Source: an uncultured Spirochaetota bacterium
GTDB taxonomy: Bacteria; Spirochaetota; Brevinematia; Brevinematales; JAOACQ01
Direction: 5' to 3'
Length of the DNA stretch: 64,000 bases
Assembly: GCA_963796325.1 (NCBI GenBank)
Contig: CAWCLF010000001.1
Coordinates: 2,523,242-2,587,241 of the forward strand
The position numbers were made by a program, and so were the translations under genes. The notes under the pieces were generated by a model. It saw only the letters and a program-made list of their open reading frames with translations. It did no database searches and was not told the DNA's origin. How positions within the stretch are numbered: the stretch's first letter is position 1; each line of letters opens with the position of its first letter. Shown piece by piece: positions 16,489 through 24,954 of this stretch.

Positions 16489-17778
16489 TTATTTCGCCTT
16501 TAAATCCTTGAAAGGTATGGTATAGACGAGGTCCCTGTACTTCTTCTGGGTATGTATAAAGGAAAAATCCTTGTTTAACAGCTTGTCCTTAAAGGAATTG
16601 ACTGGTATTTTCTCATAAATGAGGCCCTTTATTATTCCTGAACGGGAAATATCGTTAACGAAAACGGCGCCTTCAACAAGGCCGTCCCGGATAAATAATT
16701 TCCTGTAAGTCCTCCTGTCGTAGAACTTTTCAAGTATCTCGCAGGAGTCAGGGTCCGCCGGGTTAGTTTCCCCGAAAGAAATAGTATAAAGATCGTCAAA
16801 GTAAAGCGAATTCATCGGTATGGAACCGTCATATTCGCAATTGAACCCCATCATATTCATCCCGGCAAAATAGCCCATCTTTCTTGCCACGGGCCAGATT
16901 GCGATAACCATATTTTCCTTATTCAGGAAATTATATCCTTTCGCGGCATCTCCTGCGCAGTATATGCCGGGGACATTTGTTTTCATGAACCTGTCGACTT
17001 CGATTCCTCTCGAGGCCTTTACCCCGCAGCTTTCGGCGAGCTTGGTCTCGGGGGTAACTCCGATCGATATGAAAACAAGGTCGGTATCGATCGTGTCGCC
17101 GCTTTTAAGCGTCACAGACCGGACCGTTTTCTCCCCGTTGATGGAAGATACCTCCGTGCCTGTATAAATGCCGACGCCGAACGCCTTAAGCTTTTCCGCC
17201 ATAAGGCAGGAACCGACGGGATCCAGTCCCTTCGAGAGAATGCTGGGTGCAAGTTCTACGATGCTGACTTTGACCCCGAGGTGCGTAAGGGCTTCGGTTG
17301 CCTTGAGGCCGATAAGCCCGCCTCCTATTACGACAGCGCTCTTTGCGCCTTTTTCGATAACCTTTTTCCTCATTTCTTTTGCGTCGTCGAGGTTAAAAAA
17401 GTACATGACCCCTTTCAATTCTTTGCCCGGTATCGGAGGGCTTATCGGCTTGCCGCCTGTATTCAGAAGGAGATTTTCATACCTGATCGAAGTGCCGTCA
17501 TCGAGTTCCACGGTATTCGTTCCTGCATTTATTTTAACGGCTTCCTTTCCAAGAATAGTATCGACGCCCCTGAACCCGGAATATTCCATTCCCCTGTAAG
17601 CTATCCCCTCATCGCCGATCCTGCCCATGGCATAATCGACTATAGCGGGACGTCCGTATGCCGTAAAATTCTCTTTTGTAACCGCGAGGATTTTATTTTT
17701 TTTATCATATTTCCTGATCGCTTCGATCATTCCTATAGCGCCGGCGGAATAGCCTATCGATAGATATTTTGCCTTCAT
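16489..17778 (-). CDS. FAD/NAD(P)-dependent pyridine nucleotide-disulfide-family oxidoreductase (electron-input subunit of the glutamate synthase-like cluster)
   Basis: 429 aa with two Rossmann GxGxxG motifs (IGYSAGAIG; VIGGGLIGLK) and a GD motif (YCAGDAA). Confidence 0.8.
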   Translation of the reverse strand: MKAKYLSIGYSAGAIGMIEAIRKYDKKNKILAVTKENFTAYGRPAIVDYAMGRIGDEGIAYRGMEYSGFRGVDTILGKEAVKINAGTNTVELDDGTSIRYENLLLNTGGKPISPPIPGKELKGVMYFFNLDDAKEMRKKVIEKGAKSAVVIGGGLIGLKATEALTHLGVKVSIVELAPSILSKGLDPVGSCLMAEKLKAFGVGIYTGTEVSSINGEKTVRSVTLKSGDTIDTDLVFISIGVTPETKLAESCGVKASRGIEVDRFMKTNVPGIYCAGDAAKGYNFLNKENMVIAIWPVARKMGYFAGMNMMGFNCEYDGSIPMNSLYFDDLYTISFGETNPADPDSCEILEKFYDRRTYRKLFIRDGLVEGAVFVNDISRSGIIKGLIYEKIPVNSFKDKLLNKDFSFIHTQKKYRDLVYTIPFKDLKAK

Positions 17779-17792
17779 GCCTGAGACCTCCG

Positions 17793-18323
17793 TTAATCTG
17801 TAAGCGACATATCTTCGCCTTCGACAAATGTATGCATCGAACCCTTGAGCGTCATCCTGTCCATAGCCCTTTCATCCCTGTCTTCGAAAACAAGGGCGTC
17901 GTTCGGACAGGCCTGTACGCATGCCGGGCCCTCTCCCCTTCCGGTGCAGAGATCGCATTTATCGGCCTGGCGCATTTTTATATCCGGTTCGACACGTGTC
18001 GTTATCGAACCCTGTGGGCAGGCCATGATGCACATCCAGCATCCTATGCAGCGGTCTGCCTCGACCCTGACAAGGCCGGTATCGTCATCCCGCCACATGG
18101 CGGCGACGGGACATGCTTCCACGCATTCCGCATTTTCACAGATCCTGCAGCTGGCAGAAAAGGAGATCGGACCATCCATCTCGACTTCTATCTTGGAGTT
18201 CACCTTGGGTTTCTCAGAAAACGCATTAAATATATTTTTTGATCTTGAATGCTCTACGATGCAGGCCACTTCGCAAAGGTGGCAGGCAACGCAAAAATCC
18301 TCTACAGGATATACTCTTTTCAC
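17793..18323 (-). CDS. 4Fe-4S dicluster ferredoxin-domain protein
   Basis: 176 aa with multiple Cys clusters (CVACHLCEVAC, CRICENAECVEACP, CIGCWMCIMACP, CDLC...CVQACP). Confidence 0.8.
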   Translation of the reverse strand: MKRVYPVEDFCVACHLCEVACIVEHSRSKNIFNAFSEKPKVNSKIEVEMDGPISFSASCRICENAECVEACPVAAMWRDDDTGLVRVEADRCIGCWMCIMACPQGSITTRVEPDIKMRQADKCDLCTGRGEGPACVQACPNDALVFEDRDERAMDRMTLKGSMHTFVEGEDMSLTD

Positions 18324-18331
18324 GGTTCCTC

Positions 18332-19864
18332 CTACATTCCCAGTCCGGCCTGCTTGAGCCCGAGGACCCTGGTTTCATTTTCAGTCATTCCAACCACCCT
18401 CAGCCTTTCCCTGTTTCCCCTCAGACTTTCGATTGCATTGATGCCCATACTGCCCAGGACTTCCTTCATTTCCATTTCCCAGGCCCTCAACAGGTTTGAA
18501 ATGAGCTCGCCCGCAATGTTCGGGTTCTGCCTTTTAGCCAGGTACGGATCGTTGGTCGTAATGCCCCATGCGCACCGGCCTGTCTGGCACTGCTGGCAAA
18601 GCGTACAGCCGACGGCGATCAGCGCGGCGGTTGAAATATAGACCGCATCCGCCCCCAGCGCTATGGCCTTCAGCACATCGGCAGCGCTTCGCAATCCGCC
18701 TGCGGCGATGAGGCCCACATTTTCACGTATTCCTTCCTGCCTTAACCTGTCGTCTACAACCGCAATCGCCAGTTCTATAGGTATGCCCGTATGATCGCGC
18801 ACTATTGTCGGTGTGGCTCCCGTACCGCCGCGGTACCCGTCCACGACTATGATGTCCGCTCCCGCCCTGGCGATGCCCGATGCTATTGCGGCAATATTGT
18901 GAACGGCGGAAACCTTTACTCCCACCGGTTTCTCATAGCGCGTGGCTTCCTTGAGGGCGTAAATAAGCTGTCTGAGGTCTTCGATCGAATAAATATCATG
19001 ATGGGGAGCAGGTGATATCGCGTCGCTTCCCACCGGGATCATCCTTGTTTTTGCAACATCCTCGACCACTTTTACGCCGGCGAGATGACCTCCGATGCCG
19101 GGCTTGGCCCCCTGCCCTATTTTTATTTCAATGGCCGCTCCGGCCTTCAGATATTCCTCGTGTACCCCGAACCTTCCGGACGCCACCTGCACGATCGTGT
19201 TCGCCCCGTACTTGTAAAGGTCCCTGTGAAGACCGCCTTCGCCTGTGCTCCAGAAAGTGCCATGCTTTTCGGCAGCCGAAGCGAGGGCCTTCTGAACGTT
19301 GAGATTTATAGAACCGTACGACATCGGACCGAAAATGATAGGCACATCGAGCTTTAAAAGCTTCGCGGTCTTTGTCCGCAAGTCTATGGAACCCTTGTTT
19401 TCCCGGATATCGAGGCTCCTTCCCCTGTTCCCTAAATAAGTCCTGAGCTCCATAGGTTCCCTTAAAGGATCTATCGACGGGTTAGTAACCTGGCAGGCGT
19501 CGAACAGGATCCTGTCGAAATACTCTGCCTGGTCGGGCATATCGTTGCCCATGCCGGTAAAACCTATGGCGCCTGTTTCGGCGTTGAGATATATATTCTT
19601 GATGTTGCCCTTTGACCAGTACCCGTTCTCCCTGAATTCCGACTTGTTGCGCTGTATGGAGATCGCGTCCGTCGGGCAGTAAGCTTCGCAGCGGTGGCAT
19701 CCCACGCATTTGGAGTGAATGGAATCTATCTTCTGCCTGTCTTCATCCCAGAAATTGGAGCCGTAGGAGCACTGAGTGACGCAGCCCTGGCATTTTATAC
19801 ATCTGTCAGAATCTCTGACTACTCTGAAATCGTAATAATTTGAGACAATGGGCTGATAAAGCAT
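18332..19864 (-). CDS. Glutamate synthase FMN-binding domain protein (GltB domain 2-like) with an N-terminal 2x[4Fe-4S] module
   Basis: CIKCQGCVTQC...CVGCHRCEAYCP, then the FMN domain (FGPMSYGSIN, IEIKIGQGAKPGIGGHL, ISPAPHHDIYSIEDL, VVDGYRGGTGATP) and CTLCQQCQTGRC. Confidence 0.85.
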   Translation of the reverse strand: MLYQPIVSNYYDFRVVRDSDRCIKCQGCVTQCSYGSNFWDEDRQKIDSIHSKCVGCHRCEAYCPTDAISIQRNKSEFRENGYWSKGNIKNIYLNAETGAIGFTGMGNDMPDQAEYFDRILFDACQVTNPSIDPLREPMELRTYLGNRGRSLDIRENKGSIDLRTKTAKLLKLDVPIIFGPMSYGSINLNVQKALASAAEKHGTFWSTGEGGLHRDLYKYGANTIVQVASGRFGVHEEYLKAGAAIEIKIGQGAKPGIGGHLAGVKVVEDVAKTRMIPVGSDAISPAPHHDIYSIEDLRQLIYALKEATRYEKPVGVKVSAVHNIAAIASGIARAGADIIVVDGYRGGTGATPTIVRDHTGIPIELAIAVVDDRLRQEGIRENVGLIAAGGLRSAADVLKAIALGADAVYISTAALIAVGCTLCQQCQTGRCAWGITTNDPYLAKRQNPNIAGELISNLLRAWEMEMKEVLGSMGINAIESLRGNRERLRVVGMTENETRVLGLKQAGLGM

Positions 19865-19879
19865 TATATCCTCCCGAAT

Positions 19880-20707
19880 TTATCTTTCCCTGATATTCCT
19901 GACGGCGGGATAGCCGTTTGTCTCGTAAGAACCCGGTACGAGCTTTTTCCTGTCCGTAAGCGTATGCCATCCCGGCACGTAATGCATGCCGTAAGGGTTC
20001 CTGCTGACAGGGAGGAGTTTTGTAAAACGGTCCTTGAGGATCTTCGAGCTGTCGAAGCCGAATGCCCTGCAGAATTCGGTTATAAGGGGTTTTAAAAGCG
20101 CGAAATCTTCATCGCCGGCATCGAAGGCCTTCGTCTCCTTTCCAAGCCTTGACCTGTCGATGTCCCCGCGTATATAAATCCGGCCTCCGTGCATGCCCAT
20201 GCCTATATAATCCCCGAGAATGGGCCTGTCGCCGGCATCGAGTCCGAGAATAACAAGAGACCCGCCGGCCATATATTCCCCGAAAAAATCTCCTGCGCAT
20301 CCGCCGATAACCGCTTTCGGTTTAAAATCCATGTATTCCTTCATATGGATGCCTACGCGGTATCCGACATTTCCCTTGATATATACTTCTCCGCCCCTCA
20401 TCCCGTAAAAAAGGACGTCGCCGGCGTCGCCGTGAACGTAGACCTTTCCGGAGTTCATGGTATTGCCTATGCCGTCCTGTGCATTGCCATGGACCGTTAT
20501 TACAGGTCCGTTCATGAAAGCGGCAAGGTCGTTGCCCGCGGTGCCGAAGATATCTATTTTAACATCTGTACCGCGGAGGGCGTTTCCTATGTACCTGTGG
20601 CCGTATGCGTTTTTAATCTCTATATTCTTTTCGCCCTTATCGACGCTTTCATTGATCTTCTCATTGAGAACTTTATAATGAAGCGACGAAGCATCTATGG
20701 ATTTCAT
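19880..20707 (-). CDS. GXGXG-motif protein (glutamate synthase alpha-subunit C-terminal domain-like)
   Basis: 275 aa of repeated beta-helix GxGxG turns (FGTAGNDLAAFMNGPVITVHGNAQDGIGNTMNSGKVYVHGDAGDVLFYGMRGGEVYIKGNVGYRVG). Confidence 0.85.
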   Translation of the reverse strand: MKSIDASSLHYKVLNEKINESVDKGEKNIEIKNAYGHRYIGNALRGTDVKIDIFGTAGNDLAAFMNGPVITVHGNAQDGIGNTMNSGKVYVHGDAGDVLFYGMRGGEVYIKGNVGYRVGIHMKEYMDFKPKAVIGGCAGDFFGEYMAGGSLVILGLDAGDRPILGDYIGMGMHGGRIYIRGDIDRSRLGKETKAFDAGDEDFALLKPLITEFCRAFGFDSSKILKDRFTKLLPVSRNPYGMHYVPGWHTLTDRKKLVPGSYETNGYPAVRNIRER

Positions 20708-20850
20708 CTTTCTCTCCTATGTATGCAGCTTCATAACATTCGAAAAAACGTTAAATATTATATAATGACGCAGGAAATTTCACAAAATTAAAGGCACATC
20801 CGCGATTTAATGCCGGCCGTCATTTTTGATTATTGCAGCCGTTAATTTAT

Positions 20851-20920
20851 GGTCACTTCTAAAAACCGCCCTTTAGAGCGGTGATGTAGTGACCATAGGG
20901 ATTCTGTCCCTATAAGGGGA
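20851..20920 (-). promoter_or_regulatory. Nested hairpin element in the 5' leader region of the glutamate synthase-like operon
   Basis: The outer repeat GGTCACT (20851-57) / AGTGACC (20888-94) encloses ACCGCUC-UAAA-GGGCGGU (complement of 20865-82), which is followed by a U-run on the minus strand. The adjacent ATAGGGA (20895-901) / TCCCTAT (20907-13) hairpin could alternatively pair with AAGGGGA (20914-20). Confidence 0.3.
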
Positions 20921-21247
20921 CGATCATTAGTAACTTAGATTGTAATTGTAAATCATAGCTAGTTTATAGAACAACCCTTATAATAAATAGCAATATTCTT
21001 GAGATATTAGAACTGCCCTTATGCTTATTATGGAGAGATAAATATGCCAAAATACAAACCGGGCGACGGATATTCGGCTGAAATACTGAATTCGCGCCCT
21101 CCTGCGGTCATCGAAACCCGGTCGCAGCCGAGCGGCTGGCCGGGAAAATATCCGGTGAAGAGAAAAATTTCGTTATGAAAATTATAAACAAAGAACTCTT
21201 TAAACACCGCTGATTGCCGGATCTGCATAAATTTAAATAGGGACAGG

Positions 21248-21628
21248 TTGATTATGGACCTTATAGGAATACTTGTATACGGCTACGGTGAAACCGAAGC
21301 CGCCGGCCTGCGGGACGCCCTTTCTATAGCGCTGGGCCGCGATATAGTACTGTTAAGCGCTTCCGGCATGGAAGATGCGACTCTGTACGATGCGATTCAA
21401 AAAGCCAATTCGACCTTTTTCGAGGAAAAGGACACCGTGCTCTTGATTTTCCTCGATTTTACGGACGAGGAAATCCGGAAGACCCTTTCCTCATTTCCCG
21501 GCGGACAGGCAAGGCGGCCCATATTCTGCTCGCCTACAAAGGAAAATATCAAATGGCCGCTCAGGAACCTCATCGGCCACCTCGAGGAGGAAGACCGGTA
21601 CTGGAAAGAGAAAAGGAAAAAGAATTGA
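21248..21628 (+). CDS. DUF3783-like small protein
   Basis: 126-aa ORF starting at TTG 21248 or ATG 21254. The sequence (LIGILVYGY...LLIFLDFTDEEI...) resembles DUF3783 family members as I recall them. This is a weak assignment. Confidence 0.5.
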   Translation: MIMDLIGILVYGYGETEAAGLRDALSIALGRDIVLLSASGMEDATLYDAIQKANSTFFEEKDTVLLIFLDFTDEEIRKTLSSFPGGQARRPIFCSPTKENIKWPLRNLIGHLEEEDRYWKEKRKKN

Positions 21629-21702
21629 CCCGCGGCCCGGCCCTTATGCAATATATTCGAACAATCTCCGTCAATATAGTGAATATCAAATTGGAGGAAT
21701 CG

Positions 21703-22263
21703 ATGGAAGCGAACGATAAAAAGAGGATATGCCGCGTCGGGCATGCGGGCGCGCTGGATAGCGGCCTGCGCAGGCTGCTGCAAAACCCGAAGAGGATCCT
21801 GAAGCCCTATCTGGGCGGCGGGATGGCGGCGCTCGACCTCGGCTGCGGACCCGGATATTTTACTTTTGAAATTGCAAGGCTGGTCGGCCCCGGCGGGAAG
21901 GTAACCGCGGCGGATTTGCAGGACGGGATGCTTGAAATAATGAAAAATAAAATCCATAGCGCGGGCTTTTCAAACATTAAACTGCATAAATGCGGCGAGG
22001 ATAAGACCGGCTTATCTGAAAAATTCGATTTTATACTGGTTTTTTATATGCTGCATGAAGTGCCTGACCAGCCGGCCTTTTTGCAGGAAATAAAATCGCT
22101 CCTAAAAGAGGGAGGCCATGCCCTGGTCGCGGAACCCGATTTCAGGGTATCGAAGGAAGGTTTTCAAAAATCGGTAAGCCTTATGGAAAAAGCGGGACTC
22201 CGGATCGTTAAAAGGCCTTCCATATTTTTAAGCAGGGCGGTTGTGGTAAAAAACGCTGTTTAA
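21703..22263 (+). CDS. Class I SAM-dependent methyltransferase
   Basis: I placed the start at the ATG after GGAGGAAT. Motif I is ALDLGCGPGYF, followed by the downstream post-I and post-II motifs (VTAADL; FDFILVFYMLHEV). Confidence 0.8.
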   Translation: MEANDKKRICRVGHAGALDSGLRRLLQNPKRILKPYLGGGMAALDLGCGPGYFTFEIARLVGPGGKVTAADLQDGMLEIMKNKIHSAGFSNIKLHKCGEDKTGLSEKFDFILVFYMLHEVPDQPAFLQEIKSLLKEGGHALVAEPDFRVSKEGFQKSVSLMEKAGLRIVKRPSIFLSRAVVVKNAV

Positions 22264-22401
22264 CCGATCCGGGCGCACAGTACAGCGTCACGTACAAAGA
22301 GGCTCTTCTAAATTTTCAACTATTTTTGCACCTGCTTTTAGTTAAACATTTCAGTATTTATTGACCAATATTTATTCAATTAACGAAAAGAGGTAAAAAA
22401 T

Positions 22402-22447
22402 ATGTTGCCGTGTACTCCTTTTCTTTTGTTTGACGGTAATTGCGCAG
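22402..22447 (+). pseudogene. 5' remnant of a PhnB/VOC-family gene
   Basis: An ATG preceded by AAGAGG encodes MLPCTPFLLFDGNCA, matching the characteristic N-terminus of PhnB-like VOC proteins (..TPyLmFdGNaeEA..). Similarity ends after about 15 codons and the reading frame runs into the 3' end of the convergent gene. Confidence 0.35.
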
Positions 22448-22466
22448 CGCCCCCATCAAATCAGGT

Positions 22467-23435
22467 TCACTCCACTCCCGTAAAAGGATTCGCATCGGTG
22501 TCGATATTCTCATCCCTCCCGTATTTTAGCCTCGCAGTTTCTCCTCTTATCCTGAACCCCAGGTAGCTTCCCGAAGCGTTCAATACCATTACCGATATCA
22601 TCATCAAAAGAGGCATCAGGACTTCAGGCAGGTAAAATAATTTGTGGAGGCATCCGTTTACAGGCCTGGTCATCCCGGCGAATAATTCCCTGCAGGAGGC
22701 TAAAAAAGCCAGGCAGGCCGGAGCTATATAAAAAGCCGCAAGGTTTTTAACGTCCACCCTTCTTAAAAATGGGCCGCTTTTATCCTTACGTATAAGCCTT
22801 CCTGAAAAAACGGGCATTGCTACGGCCATGGCGGCAATAACAAGCCATGCCGCATACTTTATATAGGGAACGGTTTTGAGCAGGCTGTAATAGAGGTTCC
22901 CGACGGCGACGACCGACATCGCCATAAAAAGGATAAAAGAAATCAGGGCTGCGATTTTCAGCCCCGCATTCGCAAGGACCGGAAACGGCTTTGACGAATA
23001 AAACCACCTCAGGATAAGGTGCAGTTCTATCAGGAACGTAAAGAGGGCCGCAGGAGGACCGGAAATTACCGCTGTCATGATATTCATCCGGGGAAACAGC
23101 GAGAACGCAGCCGCTGTCCCGGCTGCAAGTGAAATTATGATATACTGCCGCAATTTTCCCCTTTCGTTTTTATTCTCTATTTCATCCCACACGGCCTTGA
23201 ACGCAATAAGGCCCGAATAGCGGTAGCTGTCCAGGAGGCTTCTCATGAGCTTCCTGATCCCGGCCTGGAAATTCTGCAAGACCAGGAAGATCCCCGCTGC
23301 AAGGACAGTAAAGAGGATCCTTGCTGCCAGGTCTCCCGGAAGATGCCGGATCTGCCGGATAACCGCCAGCGAATTCCATTCCGAAACCAGCCTGCCCAGG
23401 TAGTAATTCAGTGCATGTTCGAAACCGGCATGCAT
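22467..23435 (-). CDS. Polytopic membrane protein (~7 TM) of unknown function, partner of the T4CP-like ATPase
   Basis: 322 aa with about seven hydrophobic segments. Its ATG overlaps the upstream gene's TAA (TAATG at 23433-23437). Confidence 0.6.
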   Translation of the reverse strand: MHAGFEHALNYYLGRLVSEWNSLAVIRQIRHLPGDLAARILFTVLAAGIFLVLQNFQAGIRKLMRSLLDSYRYSGLIAFKAVWDEIENKNERGKLRQYIIISLAAGTAAAFSLFPRMNIMTAVISGPPAALFTFLIELHLILRWFYSSKPFPVLANAGLKIAALISFILFMAMSVVAVGNLYYSLLKTVPYIKYAAWLVIAAMAVAMPVFSGRLIRKDKSGPFLRRVDVKNLAAFYIAPACLAFLASCRELFAGMTRPVNGCLHKLFYLPEVLMPLLMMISVMVLNASGSYLGFRIRGETARLKYGRDENIDTDANPFTGVE

Positions 23436-24826
23436 TAGCCCTCCCCTTCTCCGCCGAGGGGCGCCAGCCTCTCGTTTATGTCCCTGTAATCGAAACGCGG
23501 GTTTACCTTCGATTTTACGAAAGAATACGGATAGGACCTGAAAATAAAATTGAATTTAGGCATATTCATGATATTGCTCGGGAGGACGACATGCTTGGTG
23601 ACCAGCTGGCGGTTGTAATTCCTGTTGAGCCCGTCCGAATCGGAAAGCCCGCCCCCCGATCCCGCAACGCCCGAATCCTGGACTGTTTCCACAAGGTATT
23701 CCGCTTCGGAAATGAGATCGGAAAACTCCCCGGCGTCATGCGGGTCTGCGACTGCAAACAGGACCTTTGTCCCGCAGGCGTTTACGATCGTGTTTTTAAG
23801 CGGGCCGTAGATATTTTCCACCTGCGACAGGTCCTGTGCGGCGAGCCAGACGGATCCTCCCTTGGACCTCGACAGTGTAAGAAGCTCCACGAGGGAATTA
23901 AGCCGCTGGAGGGTGGGAAATTCATCGAGCATGAAAAAGATCCTTTTTGTCAGCGAATCCGGAAGCGAAAGCACGTTCTTGGCGATTGTATCGATCAGGA
24001 GCGACAGCAGGGGCCGGAGCATATCCCTGATATCGGCAAATCCTGTCACATACAGGATGCCGGGTTCGCCGTCAGCCGTCCAGCCCGATACGGTAAAATC
24101 GCCGTCCGGGTAATTCATGCAGAGAAGGGATTCCGTGAATTGGGACAGGACCGCAAGGACGCCCGCCGACTGGCTGGAACCGGCGCCTGAAATGTAATTT
24201 GCCGCTATCGGATTGACCGAAAAAACCTTTTCATAAATTTCCCTCTCGGAGCCGCACAGGAGCCCGATCAGTCCGGCATTGTTCTGCTCCCTCTCGGAGC
24301 AGCCGCATAGCAGGAATTCAATAAGGGCCTTCAATACGGCCCTGGCCCCGTCCCTGAAGAACCTCTCGTTGCCGGCATCGGTGCCCGGCGGTATCAGCGA
24401 ATGGCAGATGCTGTCGGCCGCAGCCGATCTTTTTACACCTGCCGGTGCATGCGCCTTGATTTCTCCTATGATGTTCCATTTCACCGAACGGGAATCGAGA
24501 GGATTGAAAATAATGTCCTTCCCCCGGGAATAGAATTTCGAAAGAAAATCGCCCTTAAAATCGTAAACGACGGCCTTTCCCGAATTTGAAATTATCTGTT
24601 CGACGATCCCGTAAATCAGGACCGATTTTCCTACGCCGGGCTTTCCGATTATAAAAATATGCTCCGGCTCCGACTGGACCGGCAGAAGGCACCCGCCGAT
24701 CATGACGGGTTTGCCCCTTGCAGGGGAACTCTTCATATCCTCCCTGACACGGCGGTTATACTCGTTTTCATCAATAAACCGCGAACCTCTGACCCAATGT
24801 TCCCTGTAAAGGGTCCCGTCCTTCAT
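23435..24826 (-). CDS. TraD/TraG/VirD4-type coupling-protein ATPase domain (FtsK/HerA superfamily) lacking an N-terminal membrane anchor
   Basis: 463 aa. Walker A is HIFIIGKPGVGKS. Also present are the T4CP-typical DIIFNPLDSRSVKW, Walker B RIFFMLDEFPTLQRL, and SRSKGGSVWLAAQDLSQVENIYG. There is no hydrophobic segment before the P-loop. Confidence 0.8.
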   Translation of the reverse strand: MKDGTLYREHWVRGSRFIDENEYNRRVREDMKSSPARGKPVMIGGCLLPVQSEPEHIFIIGKPGVGKSVLIYGIVEQIISNSGKAVVYDFKGDFLSKFYSRGKDIIFNPLDSRSVKWNIIGEIKAHAPAGVKRSAAADSICHSLIPPGTDAGNERFFRDGARAVLKALIEFLLCGCSEREQNNAGLIGLLCGSEREIYEKVFSVNPIAANYISGAGSSQSAGVLAVLSQFTESLLCMNYPDGDFTVSGWTADGEPGILYVTGFADIRDMLRPLLSLLIDTIAKNVLSLPDSLTKRIFFMLDEFPTLQRLNSLVELLTLSRSKGGSVWLAAQDLSQVENIYGPLKNTIVNACGTKVLFAVADPHDAGEFSDLISEAEYLVETVQDSGVAGSGGGLSDSDGLNRNYNRQLVTKHVVLPSNIMNMPKFNFIFRSYPYSFVKSKVNPRFDYRDINERLAPLGGEGEG

Positions 24827-24854
24827 GAAATTCTCCGGCCCGTAAATGAATTAA

Positions 24855-24883
24855 ATGATACAGGGGGAACGAAAATATGTCAA
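24855..24883 (-). promoter_or_regulatory. Sigma70-type promoter of the T4CP-like two-gene operon
   Basis: On the minus strand: TTGACA (complement of 24878-83), 17-nt spacer, TATCAT (complement of 24855-60). GGAG lies 7 nt before the ATG at 24826. Confidence 0.45.
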
Positions 24884-24954
24884 TTAATATTTGGTATGCA
24901 ATAAATTGGCAACCCCGGTTCCAGTATTTCCGGACTAACTTAAAAAATATTGTC

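Noticed and set aside
21028-21228. A 66-aa minus-strand ORF in the 540-bp spacer upstream of the glutamate synthase-like operon, considered as a leader peptide or small gene.
   Set aside because: No RBS and no recognisable family. It overlaps the divergent promoter region of the DUF3783 gene and is too far (over 300 nt) from the hairpin element to serve as an attenuation leader peptide in an obvious way.
23411-24190. Long antisense ORFs opposite well-supported genes. They are 23411-24190 (259 aa), 47046-47759 (237 aa), 60521-61375 (284 aa), 62755-63588 (277 aa), 10232-10846 (204 aa) and 29380-29733 (117 aa).
   Set aside because: Each lies fully inside a gene with strong family signatures on the other strand. 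Their translations are low-complexity (Arg/Pro/Ser-rich), lack ribosome-binding sites and resemble no protein family I know. Such shadow ORFs are typical on the antisense strand of real genes.
22467-24826. Interpreting the T4CP-like gene as evidence that the window carries a conjugative or integrative element (ICE, plasmid or mobile element).
   Set aside because: No relaxase, VirB4-like ATPase, pilus or channel genes, integrase, recombinase, transposase, or flanking direct repeats or tRNA target are visible anywhere in the 64 kb. Only a truncated gene remnant hints at past acquisition.
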